Source: Camelus dromedarius
Taxonomy: Eukaryota
Assembly (NCBI RefSeq): GCF_036321535.1
Contig: NC_087437.1
Location: 98,024,001 to 98,088,000, forward strand
Length of the DNA: 64,000 nucleotides
Direction of reading: 5' to 3'
The translations under genes and the position numbers were made by a program. Below the pieces are notes generated by a model. The model saw only the letters and a program-made list of their open reading frames with translations. It was not told where the DNA came from and did no database searches. Of this stretch, positions 23,613 through 37,978 are shown in pieces. Position 1 is the stretch's first letter; every line of letters begins with the position of its first letter.

Positions 23613-25854
23613 TTTAGACACCATGTTAAATAGTGTAGATTTGAATATACTGAGATTATATATTTGTATGGGATGGGAAATATTAAAGAACTGTTGTCAA
23701 AGCAAGAGAGCAACACGACCAGATTTGTATGTTAGATGAAAGGCTCTGGCTAAAATGTGGAGCATAGGTTAGAGATGGGAACGGTGAGAATTTGCAAAAT
23801 GTCCAAAGCTTGTTGATCACTATAGTTCCTCAATAGCTCCTCATCTATGAAACAAACAAAAAGGATGGAGAAAGGTCACCCTCCTTCTTCTTTCACTGTG
23901 GTTCAAAACATTATATTAGAGTTCTCCTGTCTGCATAACATTACCTGGATAAAGAAAGGGACATACTTTGAAATTCAGTCCTGCTAAATTGCCTTGTTTA
24001 GCGATGGGAATGTCACAATTAAACATACCAATACTATAATATCGACATTTAAAATGACGTCGATATTGATTTAAAAATCTGGTTAAAAATCTTATAACCA
24101 TGAAATGAATAGAATTAATTTTCCAGTGTCAAGCCATTGGAGTTCCTAGAATTGTTTTCCTTGCTCTTTATCTTTCTTGGGGAAACTCTTTTACATCCAC
24201 ATCTTAAATGTCTATTCCTGTGCAAGTAAAAAACTTAAGAAACATACTGTCACTAAGACCAATACCAAGGATGCTGGAATACAGCTGTTACTTCTGTTAG
24301 GGGTATTTCCTAGAAGTGTCATAAACTGGGATAATTGGCAGCTTTGATGCACACAAATGACTCAGTCCCAGTTGGGGTAGCTGGCATTCAAACCTATGAC
24401 ACTTACACCTCTAAGGCTATATACTCTTTAGCTGTTTCTAATCTTGAATAGTTTAAATAGGTCCTAAAAGAAATACAGAAGTTTTGAGTATGTTTACAGT
24501 GTTTCAAGCAACATAAATGTACACATACTTTACAAGTGATTTATCTTTACTAAAGTGACAGAATTCACTAGCAAACCGGGAAGCGCTGTTAAGGCATTCT
24601 GATTCACAGCCTGCAATTTCCTCGTAACCTCCTGAGACACAGCATGTCGTGCTCACACGTATGAGTAAATAACTTAATGAATATAAAGCACATCTCCATG
24701 TAGCTTTACTATATTTACTGAATACCATAACTGACACTATTACAAGAATATTAATTATATGACATAACCAAAAATGTAAATTACATGTTTTAAATTGTAT
24801 TACATTGAAGAAGCAATTTAATATCACTTCCTTTTTTAAAAAAACATGATGTATACAGTATAATAAATTTAAAAATCAGGGAGATTATTAAATTAAGACT
24901 CTTCCTAAATAAACAAAAAAACCTGTGTACACAAATCAGTATTCAGATGTCTTGGACACTGATATGTAAAATCATTAAATTCACTTGGGAAAGTTAAGGC
25001 TCCGAGAGATGAAGAGTTTTGATGTAGGAAACAGCTAAGGGCAGTATTCGATCTCTTCTTTTGTCATTTGTTGTGAAAATGTAGTGCTAAACTGTTGTCA
25101 TGTGACCTTCTTCCATGGTGATTAAATCTTGGGTACACAAACAACAGGGGTCCTGTATTAGTGGTTCCTACAAATGACATTTTAGAAAGGTTGGAGGCCT
25201 TAATCAGTATTGTATAGCAGTTTCTTACCCTGCAAACCACATTTTCTCTAAGGAAAGAACAGATACAAGTTATTTCGGAGGAGTTGTGAACAAAGGATAT
25301 TAATGGAGGAGTGCCTTATCCCTTTGTGATTGACATGTGTATCAGGATCTGTAGTAGTGGAAGCACCTATGGAGGAGAAGACTGAACAAGTGATACAGGC
25401 ACAATTGAGAGCAGTAGCAAAAAAAAAGTAAACCAAAAAATACCCTCTGTCTACATGGGGTGGCTGCAGTAAGTATACTTCTCCACGGGCATTCATCCAT
25501 TTTTTTCACTCCTTCCTCCAAACATCATATTTTAGTTCCGACTATGTGCCTAGCATTAGAAATTATCTCCATTTAAAAGAATTTCTAAATTGCATATACT
25601 ATCTGGGCTTTAGAAAGAAGATGGCTAGTTCTGAACCCTTGCAACTGATTTCAAATCAGATAATCTAAGAGAGGCACTTAGCTGCCTTCAAAATATTGAC
25701 TTGAAAGAAGAGTTACATGGATATAGTTTATAGTTAAAAAGCCAACATTTCCCATACTCATATATTCAGTCTAGTTCACTATTAAACTAGAGAATAGAAA
25801 ATAAGAAGAATAGAGATAAGAGAGGGAGAGATTTTTTAGAAGAGGTAAATGAGC

Positions 25855-26030
25855 AAATATTTATTGATACCTTATTATAGATCACTGCATCTCAATTGTC
25901 TTAACAACTGTATAAAGTGTTAACATCTCCTATTTTACAAAGAAGAAACTGAGGCATGAAACAGCTAGCTCACCTAAAGTCAAAAAGCTAGCAAATAGGA
26001 ACTGAACTCAGGCCTGTCTGATTCCACCAT
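25855..26030 (-). mobile_element. MIR SINE
   Basis: MIR core cctattttacaaagaagaaactgaggca...gaactcaggcctgtctgattcca. Confidence 0.7.
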
Positions 26031-28784
26031 GCCACACGGGCAAATGAAGAGAGGAAACTACAAGCCAAAAGCAACTCCACTCCTTTCTTTAGCAGTCAGG
26101 TCTACATATTACCCTTGATTTCATAGCTAAAGAATGGGCTACCATCTTTTCTTCTGATCTTTTTCCTTTTTTCACTTTCTGTTTTGTAATTCTTTTCCAA
26201 GGCCTCACAACACTGCTACTTCCTCCTAAGACCATATATTTCAGGAGCAATTAGAGAAGGAAATTGAGAGCAGAGAAGGGTAACTGAAATATCAGCTTGG
26301 GAGGAGAAGTTGTAGCAAGGGCATACTTACCAGACAGTGTGCAGGCTTTGAAGGGATGGAAAAGGGACTAGAGAAATAACTGAGATTGAGCAGAAGTGAT
26401 GAGGTGAAAAACAGAAGGGACACAGCAGAGAGCATATAAAACTGAGAAGAAAACAAGTTTTGATTTGTGTCTATCATACAGAATTCCTGAAAAAATGAAA
26501 AATTTTCAAATATTCATCCTCTATCAATAAAATTAGCATTTACACTGGGAGCCATACTGAAAAGTTTAGAGTTCGTAGTAAAGTTCAAAAGCAAGTCAGT
26601 GTGTTCAACAGCTTCATTTTATACCAGAATTTGTAATTGCCACACTGGTTTGACGGTATGGTTTTCTAAAAATGTATCTGTTTCCTTTTAACATTGGTTC
26701 TTGGGGTTCTTGGCCACCATCTATATGTCAGGCAGAGTGCTAAGCACTTGTACATAACATATCTCTTACCATCCCAACAATAAGTTTGGGACAAAGGCTT
26801 TATTTTTCCCACAATACAGAAGAAGCAACTAGGGATCAGACAGGAATGTAACTGTGTATGCCCTGGATTCCAAATTCAAACTCAGGATTTCTTTTAAAAT
26901 CTAATGGCCTTTCCCTTATACTATGCTGCATAAACTTCTAAACATCATAGTGAGTGCAATGCTAGCCACACTAAAAATACAAACATTTTCTGTGGCTACT
27001 AGGTGTTTAATAAATATTGGTGATTGGTTGATAAGTTTCATTTCAAAAAGCAAGTCAATGTACTGTCTGCTTGACAGTGGGGTGAGGAGGGGGCATAAAC
27101 CCAGACAGTAGAAGGAACACTTCCAGTTCCATATCTGCAGGCTGAACTTCTAGTTAGTTCTGGTTTTATTACTGGTAGCGACGTAAGCTCACCTTTCTAA
27201 CAGTTTGCAGATACAAAGGTCAGAATGTTACCTGGCAACTCTTTGGCAGTAACCACATTTGTGCTGTGGTTTCTTTAGCTGAATTTAAACTCAGCTGTAT
27301 TTTAGTCAAGGGAGATTTTTTTTTCCACTTTCGTCTGAACTGAGTTAAGGCACAATAAATACAGGCCTCAAATTTACTAATTGTGGTGAATAAGGATATC
27401 CAAGTGTTACAGACTGTCAGGAAGAGCACATTACAGAAGCTAAGTACTCAGGTTCAAAAAGTCTTTTAACATAAATATTTGAAAATTATCAGCTTTGCTA
27501 ACATTTAACACCAATGATTTTCATTTCCCAAACCTATTCTGACATCTAAAGCAACATTAAGGAAAACAAAAATATGCTACCTCTATATAATGCCACTTAA
27601 AAACTGGCTTAGGATAAAGATAAAGGCAGAGAAACGTTAGCTATGGTGAACTAGATGAAATCTTCACATATTTCTTTTTAAAGAGTTATTTTAGTGTTAT
27701 CTGATGCAAAGAAACACATACACAAACACACACACACATACACATATGTACCACCTCAACCTATCAACTTGCTTCAAACATCTTAGGATTTAAAGATTGT
27801 GACCAAATGATATTGCAGACTCTTACTAAAGTAAATAGGTTGAGTAATTAGCAAAACTGGACATTTTTCTTTGACCCTCTAACAGAGAGGATGCGTTTTG
27901 CTCCTCAGCGATTGGGTAGAATGCCGTGTTAGGGGCCTTAGATCATACAGAAATGTTGGCAGAGTGTTCTTTAGCCACACTAAGGAAGGCACTGAAACAT
28001 CCACACTAAGGAGAAGTTGGCAGAAGGCACAGTTTCAAAATGAGGGCATAGAAAATAACAAAGTCACCCATAAATTGGGGAAAGTTGCACAAATGAGTCA
28101 GGAAAATGGTTGGATGTTAACCTCAAAAGAACAAAACAATGACCGCCCTTAAGAAAATCAGACTCTATTTTGAAAATTACTAAAGAAAATAAGTTATGTT
28201 ATAATCATAAGAGTTATTTATATTCAAAAGCATTTTGTAAAAAGAAGATATGTAAGTGGTGGAGCTGTTTGTTATACCCTTTGTCTGGGGATTTTTCTAC
28301 TCTGATTTATCAAAAGTCCCAAACACTCTCCGATGGGAGTTTCAACCAGGTCAGTTTGGAAAGCACAAAGCTGTCTCTGGGGGAATGTCAGCTACACCCA
28401 TTAGAGGTTCTGCACACTTTCATACAGGCTGATCATGTGGGCACTGAGCACTAAGAATTCCCAGGGGCTCCCCAGTGCAGTCTTTTTCTGTGCTCTCAGT
28501 GTGAGGTCCCTAAGTGACTTGACTATCTTACAGGAACGGGATTTGGAAGACTTTGAAATCCCAGCTTGGCTCTGAAGCACGGCTTGGACAACTTCCTCAG
28601 TCTTCAGAGCACTATTACATCATTTGGAAAATTGAATTATCTACTTTTTGGGACTGTTGTGATTATTAGAGTAAATAACTTGTGAAAGTGATACATGTAT
28701 GACAGCTTCTCAGAAAGACTTCCTGGATTGATCAAGAGGAAACTGAAAAATCAGGGAAGAATGAATTGTTTCCTTCAATTCAGA

Positions 28785-28932
28785 GGTGATTCTCAAACTT
28801 CGGCGAACATAAAAATATCATTTAAGGAGCTTGTGAAAGAATTTTCATCCTAGAAATTCTGACTCGGTAAATCTTAAGTAGGCAGACTTTAGCAACAGAT
28901 ACCTTAGATTATTCTGATATAGTTGGTTCATG
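28785..28932. mobile_element. MER5A-like relic
   Basis: gtgattctcaaactt...aggagcttgtgaaa...cctagaaattctgactcggtaaatct...ttagattattctgat. Confidence 0.55.
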
Positions 28933-29002
28933 AAAAATATCAGAAGAATATCCCTACTGAACCCAGCTTTGTTATCCCATGTCAGAAAGGAATCTGCAGA
29001 CA

Positions 29003-29100
29003 GGGGTGGGGGGTATAGCTCAGTGTGGAGCACATGCTTAGCCTGCATGAGGTCCTGGGTTCAAGCCCCAGTACCTCTATTTAAAAAAAAGAAAGAAAAA
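29003..29100 (+). mobile_element. tRNA-derived SINE (Vic-1-like)
   Basis: ggggtggggggtatagctcagtg (A box) ... gggttcaagcccc (B box) followed by an A-rich tail. agaaaggaatc occurs on both sides (probable TSD). Confidence 0.88.
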
Positions 29101-30609
29101 GAAAGGAATCCAGTGTCTTAAATTATAGTCATAATTTCTTCATATAAACAGAATGCAGGACATTTGGATTAACTTCTTTCATAATGTCTAACTCATGAGA
29201 TAAGAGAGCAGGACCACGGATTCATTCCACAGAGGAATACCTCCTCCAACAGAACAAAATTACCTGGATCTCTTCTTACTTCGAGAATTCAAAGTCTAGC
29301 ATTAAAGAGCTCTAAAAAAAGTTATTTTCTCTGAAAAGAGATCCTCTGCCACGCTCCATCATAAAACTGAATGCCTTTTGGTAATTGCTGCTTTGGGTTA
29401 TTTCCCTATTTTCCTCCCACATGTACAGAAAATTTAGAGCTGATGACATTTTTAATGTTAATCCTCATCTGCTGTTTTCATAGATTATTTTTGCACTTTT
29501 GTGTTCGGCTAAGCCAGGCCCACACAGCTAGCAAAAATCCCTAGAACTCTTGCCTTTAATTCTCACCCTTATAAAGCTTTGAAAGATATTGATTCTGCAA
29601 ATGTGACAAATTAACTTATCAAAAAATAGCATGCATAAAATGGGAACGGGCGAAAGCAACCCTAAGAATATTGTTTTAACTGGAAATTGTACCATTAACT
29701 GCACAACTTACTGTATCCTTGTTATGACTCTTTGCGATATATTTATCACTGTGTGGGAACAGTTTAATCTACTCCGTACAGAGAGCAGTAGGAGCGCTCA
29801 GTGGCCTCAAAATATGTTGGCCCTTGCCACAAACAACTAATCTAAATTTCTTGCAGGTGGCAGATCTCACTTTTTTCTAAAAGGAAATAACCCTTTTCTA
29901 AAAGTCAAATTTGTTTTTAAAGCTGCAGTGTTTTTAACCACTTCTTTTTCCCGTTTTTTTCAGTTGACACCTTGTCATGACTTACGGTGGATTGCATCAA
30001 TCATTCTGGGTTCATACAGAAAATATTTTGTGGTAGCGACTATCACATGCGAGAAACTGAGTGCCCTTTGCGGGTGACTGCGCAGGTACCTCTGATTTCT
30101 TGCCAAATCATTCAGAATGCCACAAATCCATTAAATCTCTCCACAGGGAGGAAAAAATTCCCGCATCCTAGAGAGAGAATTTATGAGTTCATTTCAATCA
30201 CCACAAATGAAAGCCACCCTTAATATTCATTAGAGATTTTATGGTGGCAATATGCATTATCTATTCACATGCCCCTCTGAAAGGCCGATTTCCTTTGAAA
30301 CCTTGCATGGCTCCAAGCCACTCTTTGTAGAAACAATGGCCTATGTCCAAGTGGAATCAGGGGAGGCAAATGGATGCCATTTCCTTATCCATTGGTAATG
30401 ATTCCATTAAGCCATTGTGGGGGCTCTGAGCTTCTAAGTTTTACAAATTAAAGGACAGATTTGGAATGGGCAGTCATGTCATTGTATCACTTCTCTGCTG
30501 TCATCTGTGACCATATGTCCTAAAGTGAAAGGGGTTTTCTGTTTGCGTCACAAAAGATGACTTTCAAAACTGAATTACTTTCTGGAGAAATGTGTATGAG
30601 TCTGAGAAC

Positions 30610-31265
30610 TTTTCATCTCTTCCTCTTTCTACCACCCTAGTTCAAGTCACCATCATCTTGTGTCCATTTTCCCCTTCCAGTTAATTCTCGTCGCTGTATG
30701 GAAAGCAATCTTCTCAAAAAAAAAAAAAAATCCTAAGCATGTATCTCACACCCTCAACAAACAAGAAGCAAACAAACCCCCACGCTGTTGGCCTAAAAAC
30801 GCTCCTTGCATAGCTTCCCATTGCTTTTTGAGAGATGACCAACAAAACTTAGCATCACTTAGGTCATAAGGGGTCTGATCCTGCCTCAGCCTTACCTTGT
30901 ACCACGTCTCCTTGCTTTCCCTCCCAGCCATTATGACCACCTTCTCGTTCTCCCTAGTTTGGGCTACTTAACAACTGTTGTTTACATCAGATTTAAACTC
31001 ACTCATCGCTACCCCTGAAAGTGTTTCCTGACTTCTTAGCTAGATCAAGTCTACCTATCATAGATAAATCTATCATATCTCCATAGAACTAGGGGGCCCT
31101 TACAGCTCTCGTCAGAGTTAACATTTCTTTTTTTATTTGTGTGGTTATTTCTGTTTCTGTCTCTCATTGACCTATGAGGCTCACAGTGTTTGTTCTGCTC
31201 CTCATTTTATCTTCCTTATCTGGCACCGTGATAAACAAATTGTTGAGCAAATAAATAAATGAGTT
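30610..31265 (+). mobile_element. LINE-2 3' fragment
   Basis: accaccctagttcaagtcaccatcatct... ending ctggcaccgtgataaacaaattgttgagcaaataaataaatga. Confidence 0.65.
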
Positions 31266-32149
31266 CCTGACTTTCGTCTATTTTGTGCCCTGGCTAAAAA
31301 TCCCTTTCAGTGGGTGAGAATGTGGGCTTCATTTTGGGTTAGGCTTGAGGTGAACTGCAGAAAGGCCATATTTCTACTCTAATTATTCATCAGTATGGTT
31401 GTATTTAATAGTTGGGAACCATGAGATGCATAAAGATCTTATGCTGAATATTCATAAGGGTTTTAAGAGTGAATTCAACCAGTTGCTTTACAACTTCCCA
31501 GGAAGGAGAAGGGACATGAATTTCTGTCTTTCATTTTTCATTGTCTTATGAAAAAGGTGTGTTATGCCTGAGAGTTATATCTGAAATAAAATATGACATG
31601 CATATGTGATATGGCTGTAACAAAATATATGAGAGAAGTTTTAAAAAGCTGAAATTGTTTTGCATATGTAAGACAATGCTAATATGGTGATAATTTGGGA
31701 AGTCAGTAAAGGGCAGTGGTGAGCTCAGGACTTGCACCCTGAGCCCCACCTTCTTTTTGTCCACATGCCTCAGAGGTTCATAATTATGCGGTCACTAGGG
31801 CACCTCCAGGAAGCTAAAAGCAGAGTCACACCCTAACCAAACTGTGTACACTTGAACCAGGCAGTTCTGGCTTTCTTATCTCCGGGGAGAAAACTGAGCA
31901 AATTCTATTTAAAATCTTAAAAATTAGTGAAAACTAGTAAATGTACATTTACTGCAATATTATCTCATACAATAGGAAATTGCTGAGAATTATTGATGGT
32001 GAGACTCCAACATCAGGTGTGAGTCTTGGTCATCTTTGTGGCCCCACAGCCCAGGGCAATACCTGATATACCATAGACAGAATGCTGTTTTTCACTGAAC
32101 AAAGGGTAAATGGTTATAAACACGTATTTATAAATTGTAATTAAATAGT

Positions 32150-33030
32150 AATAATTGCCACTAAAAATAGTGGTTCATCTTCATCTAGTCCCAGTTGGGT
32201 GTCAGGTATGGTTAAACACTTTACAGCCAATTCTTCTAAGAACTCCACAAGGAAATCTTCCTTATGTCTGGTAATAGATAAGAAACTGAAACTCAGAGAA
32301 ATCAGGTAACTCAGCAGTCACACAGTCAGTAAGCAGTGAAGCTATGGTTCCAGACCAGGCTTCTTTGTCTCCAACACTCAGTTTTCACCATGTAATGGCT
32401 CCTGTTTGTGACTATGTTTATTGATCTTTCTGCTGAAAAATTTAAAGACAGCTGAGTGATAGGAAGTCTGGACTAAGAGTTAGGAGTTATGTTCAGTGCC
32501 ATCTCTGCCATCATCTGCTGTGGGACCTCAGGAAATTCACTTAATATTCATGTGCCTCAACTTCTCCATCTGTGAGTTGGTAGCAATGTTTTGCCTGGTT
32601 CATAGCGCCAGTATAAAATGAAATGTGAGAAAAGTTATATTGCACTTTGAAGGCAGGGACTCTATTTGTTAAGCAATTAAGCCCTTATCTTGAACGGGCA
32701 CATTTACAGGCATCATTTCATTTTGCACTGCAAGTTAGGAAATAATGTATTTTTACTGATGAGAAAGCATAGATAATTATGAGCCTACTCTCAAAAGTTA
32801 CAAAGGCATGACCTTTGCAGGAAAACTTTGGACTCTTATAGATTTGGGCTTAAAATCCAGTTCTTTAACCTACAATTACATTGCATAAATGATTTAACCT
32901 TTCTGAGCTTCATATTTTTATCACTAAAATGAGGATGATAATACCACCTAACTGAGTCATAACACAAAGATAGCATATATAAAAGCGCCTGAAATATAGT
33001 CAACTGCTAAGTCAGTGGAGGCCATGATTG
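32150..33030. mobile_element. Cluster of MIR SINEs (approx. 32150-32400 minus, 32450-32650 plus, 32810-33030 plus)
   Basis: MIR cores agataagaaactgaaactcagaga, tgtgcctcaacttctccatctgtga and tttaacctttctgagcttcatattttatcactaaaatgaggatgataata. Confidence 0.6.
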
Positions 33031-33099
33031 TCATTATATCAACATGTCTGCATGCTCAGGACAAGATCTCAAAAGTATGAACCATCCACGATGGCACGT

Positions 33100-33125
33100 T
33101 GTGTGTGTGTGTGTGTGTGTGTGTG
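33100..33125. repeat. (TG)13 microsatellite
   Basis: Directly visible. Confidence 0.97.
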
Positions 33126-36100
33126 GTTGGTGATGGTGGCAAGAAAGAGTGTCTCACTCCAACCTGGCACTCTTTACACTGCATAGCCCCTGATTTTTCT
33201 GCCCGCCCCCTACAAACTTACTTAAATTTCACCTGCTCATTTGTCAAAGCAAGATTTTGTCCTCTGAAATGGGATTCAAAAGGATTTTTTTAAGTAGTTA
33301 TTTTTGAGTGGCAGAAGCCTTCTTAGTTCCTGAGAATGGAAATATAGACATTTTGGTTCATGCAGAAGTTTTCATAGCCAGGAAAACTTGGCTGTATCCC
33401 AAGTGAAGTCTATGTTCATATATAGCTGCTGGTTCAGAACATGAGGAAGAGAGAAGTAGCCAGGATGGAGGAAGTGCAGTGGGTCAGGAAAACTAAAAAC
33501 AAAAAATAAAAACCCCAAACCTAAAATAGCTTATGTTAAAAAAAAAAAAAAAAAGAAGGAAGGTCAACAGTGGTCATCTGAAGAGTGAGAAAAGAGCTGC
33601 TTAGAAAAAGCTGAAAGGAAATCTTTATGTACTAATCTCTTGCTGCACATAGGATTTATCTTCCTTGGTGTGCCCTCATAGCCCGAAATATAGAAGATAA
33701 ATGGAGCCTCAAAAACCATTGATCTCCCTCTTTCTAAAGATGAGGAGGTAGAGGACCATGGAGATTAAGCATCGTGACCCAGAGAGATCCTAGTAAGCGA
33801 CAGAGTTGTGCTCACAAGTGGCTCTCCTGGCTCCAACCTGTGCTCCTTTGATGTATAACACAGCTTCCGACACACAGTGCTGCACACTCAAAATATGACT
33901 TTGTCTTTAGCTTGCTCAGCAACATTTGAATTGTGAACTTATTTCTCTGCCACAAAAGAAATTCTACCAACACTTGGAGTGTTCTCCAAGGGTCATTATA
34001 TAAAATGTTCTAACATTCAGTCCTCTCTCCTCCTGAAGACCAATGTCCAACTCTGGTTCTGCTGAACCATGCAAAAGAGTTAGGCTGTAAGTACAAAGGA
34101 GCTTGAGATCTCCTGTAGTCAGCGAGCATCATCAGGTCCCCTTCAGGTTGACATTTGTTGTCTTCCTTCTTCTATTTGAGAACCCATTGAAACAAATTTC
34201 AACCTTCTTGTAGAAGCCAAAATATAGTTAAAATTGATGCTCGTGGGTCCTATGATCATTATCACAAGAGCTATTCTAAATTACAAATATTTTATGATGA
34301 CTTTAGAAAGATTTTATTGTGGGGGGTATCCATTCAACTTTCTCCTTAATTTGATGCACTTGAGTAAACAAGCACAAGTGGAAAACAACAACAACAAAAC
34401 AAAGAAATAGGGCAAAACTCTTAAGGCAGTTCATGAAGGAGAGGGGTTCTTGGTTTCTATGACAGCTCTGGAACTAGATCACAGGTCTGTTATTTTCACT
34501 GATATTCGGGAGGTTTGTGTAACTGGGAAAAGCCAAACGTGAACCCAAATAATTAGACTTATATGCATTCTACATTGCTCTGCTTCGAAAGCCTAATTTA
34601 ATAGTATCTCTACTTATCCTGGACTTCTAGAATAATACTTCACACTTACAGAGCAGTTACATTTTCTCATTTTATCTTTATATTTATTATACAAGATTTT
34701 ATTTAAAAAGACATTTAAAGAATTCATAAACACTTACAATTTACTCTCCTCAAACTCAACCTAAATAATTTCCAGAAACCAGGTATCCTGCAATGTTATA
34801 ATATCTCATGATTTAAGCATTTATTCTATAAGCTCTCTTTTTTAATGTGGATGTGTTTGTATATCTGGCCAGATCTTTTTCATGATTATTTTATATACAA
34901 CTACTGCAACATGTTTCCCATCATAGTGAATTTTTATACTGAGGGTTGTGATTATTTGTTTTTCCTTTTTTTTTTTTTAAGCAAGACCCCATGAACTCTC
35001 ATTATAAGTGGGAAATGGTGGATTGCTCACCCTCCCACATACACACCCTTGGGCTATGTGGCTCAAGAGGCACTTGGCATGAGTTTGCTTATGAGAGAAT
35101 GAATGGATGAATAAATAAATGAATGAATGAAAAAGCTGTTGCAGCATCTCCTATTTTTAAATTCTTCTTGGGTAAATGTTAATCCTCCTCCCATCAAACA
35201 TTATATTGGCTGTAATTAAAAATATGTCATGTCAAATACTCATAATTAATTGTTTGTCCTTGTTCATTTAGAATCTTAAAATTATTTTTAGAATCTTAAT
35301 TCTCAAGTTTATTAATTTCAGCGCTATGTATAAATATCTTTTGGTACTCTTCTGTCACATTTTCCTATTTTTTCCTTTTGACTCTGTCAGTCCAGATTAT
35401 CATTTACTCGGCCTTACTTTTCACAAGTTGTCCACATCCATTCATTAAAACTTGTTCTCTGTCCATGCCACCGTAATTCTAACGTAAGCAGATCAAAGTT
35501 TAAAGCTTTTGTAACAAATAGCTTTGGCTATGAGAGTTGAACACAAGGGCTTAAACTAAGAGGAATTATGCACTGATGGTTCATAGCTTGTCTTCCTCTG
35601 GGTGGATATGTGAGTAGTCTTCTTAGTATGTCTCATTCACTGGGCCAGTAAAAATATCCCATCAATGGGACCACAAAGGCTTTTTGGCGGGAGTGTAATA
35701 TCACTAACGTACAAAGAAAATGATAATAGAGCCTATGAAATTAATTTTGCATTTTTTCTGAAGCACGTGCCTCCTTACTCTCTTTACTGGTCTTCTTAAT
35801 CCCCTTTCCTTTGCACATATATTTTTTTTTTTCCTTTAGAGTGTGCACCGTGAATTCTTACTCATTCATATATGTATTTAATCTTCCATACTATTTATCA
35901 AATAGGTAGAAAAGAAAGGAAGACAAATGAGAAAACAGAAAAAAACAAAGTCATGAAGATGGGAAAAAAATGCACTGTGTTTGCCAAAAGGAAGGTATCA
36001 TTTTGCTTAAAGCAGAGTGTGCAGGTGAAAGAGGACAGTGGGGATCTAGTTAGAAGGCAGATTAGGTGAATAAGTTTGCTTTGGACCCTGTAGGTGTTGG

Positions 36101-37889
36101 GGAGATACTTAGAGGTTTGTAAGGGGGGTGGGCAGTAACATTATTGGGTTTGAGCTTCAGAATCATTATACAGGTAGCATTAATCAGGTAGATTAGTGAA
36201 GTAAATTAATCTGGTAGATTAATCTGGCAATAATGCGTCATGTTGACTGAAGGAGGTAGCCCAGGGTCAGAAAGACTGGGTGAGATTTCCAAGGCTGAGA
36301 ACAGAAAGACAAAGTAGAAGACAAGCACAAGGAGCTGCTTCTGGCGTTGTCACCCCCCACCCCCACCGCGGTTCCGCAGTTCCTGGGGGAAAGTATGAAA
36401 ACTCTGAAACCACTCAGCAGTGCGGCTGTGCAGCCCGAGAGCTCGTCCTATGCCCATAATGAGAGCGTCCAGTACTCTGCTTTTGAACTGAAAGATTGAC
36501 TGTAAAATCGTTGTTCCTTGTTTCCTGGTTAGCATTAGCACACATCCTGTTCCTCTGACTGAAACAGTCCTGTAAAGAAACCTTCCGCCCTCCCCACTTT
36601 CTCTTCTGGTGCGGTGTTGGCGGGTTCATGCAGGACTCCAGTAACCGTCCGGCTCCACTCCGCTCATCTCTTCTTAGGTTTCTTAAGATGTTTAAATACA
36701 ACTTTGTTTATTTTCTCACTTTGAGATTTTATGTATAAACTTCACTCACTTTTCTTTGATTTTTATGTAACTTGGTTTCTCATTATTATTTTTCTATCCA
36801 TACTGCATTTGAATTCTTCTATACACAGTTTTCTGCTTTGTTCTTTCAGGACTTTGACTTTTCTTTCTTCCTGAAAGGGTATTCGTTACTGTCACTTTTA
36901 AACATGTCACACTATTTTTATAAAATAGATTTCAAAATATTTTAGATATTTGAAGGGAGAAAGGGATGCTTGTTCCCTTTCTTAAGATTACTTCCATTTC
37001 TTAATATTACAAAAATAATTTTTTATCTTTTTTTATAGATATGAAGAAGTATCCCAGATTTTAAAAATATATTAGCTACTATTTTAATATCGTATTAAAG
37101 GAAGGGCTTATCTTCCTTATGACACACAAACTTTACTTTTTCTTGCCCTGATTCCCAACCAAGCCTATGGCTAACTTTCCTTTTTGATAAAATGTTTCAA
37201 GTTCTTAGCATGCAGGATTTCGTAAGTACCCTTCAATCACTCTTCTTGTAAATTGATTGTAAACACTTGGCTTCAAATATTATTTTTGGTTGCTTCCACT
37301 ATTACCTTTCTTAAGATGTATCTGAAATTTCCTCTCAACGCCACTCACCTCGGATATTAGGAAAGACTGACGCCCTTAAGTAGTTTTTCCTCTCACATTT
37401 CTCTTGTGGAGCATACACTTTCATAAATCTCATCTTTTGCCTTTCTCAATTTATATCAATTCTATAATCACATATTTTTCCCCACTCCCCAGATCCCACA
37501 GACCTCACGAACAGCTAAACTGCACATTAAACACCTGTGTGTATCTCATTCTGCCCTTGTTGACTTCTGGGAAGAGTCCTTCACAAGTAATACATTTCTC
37601 TGTCTGGATTCAGTTTGTTTATGGTGTCTCAGCTGAGTAAAATGTTGGTTCTTCCCAAGCCCAGAATAAGCCTCTGGACTCTTTAATTTTGGTATAAATA
37701 TTACCTACTGTCAACTGAGGACTGACACCGTTTCATTTAATCTTCCAGCAACCTTTGCATGGTAAACATCAATAGCTTTGTTTTACAAATGGGTGTTTTC
37801 AGTATGCAAAGAATCATTCAGAGGAAAAGAAGTAAGTAGGACCTGAAACCAATACAGAATTGGAATTTGTGCATTAAAGCGGGTAAGGA

Positions 37890-37978
37890 GTGCATGGCTA
37901 GGACATTGTGCTGTACACCAGAAATTGGCACACTGTAACTGACTATACTTCAATAAACAAATAAATATCAAATAAATA
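37890..37978 (+). mobile_element. Very short LINE-1 3' end with A-rich tail
   Basis: tgcatggctaggacattgtgctgtacaccagaaattggcacactgtaactgactatacttcaataaa plus an A-rich tail. Flanked on both sides by taaggagt (probable TSD). Confidence 0.8.

Noticed and set aside
29003..29075. tRNA gene
   Set aside because: A and B boxes are present, but the G-rich head, A tail and flanking duplication identify it as a SINE.
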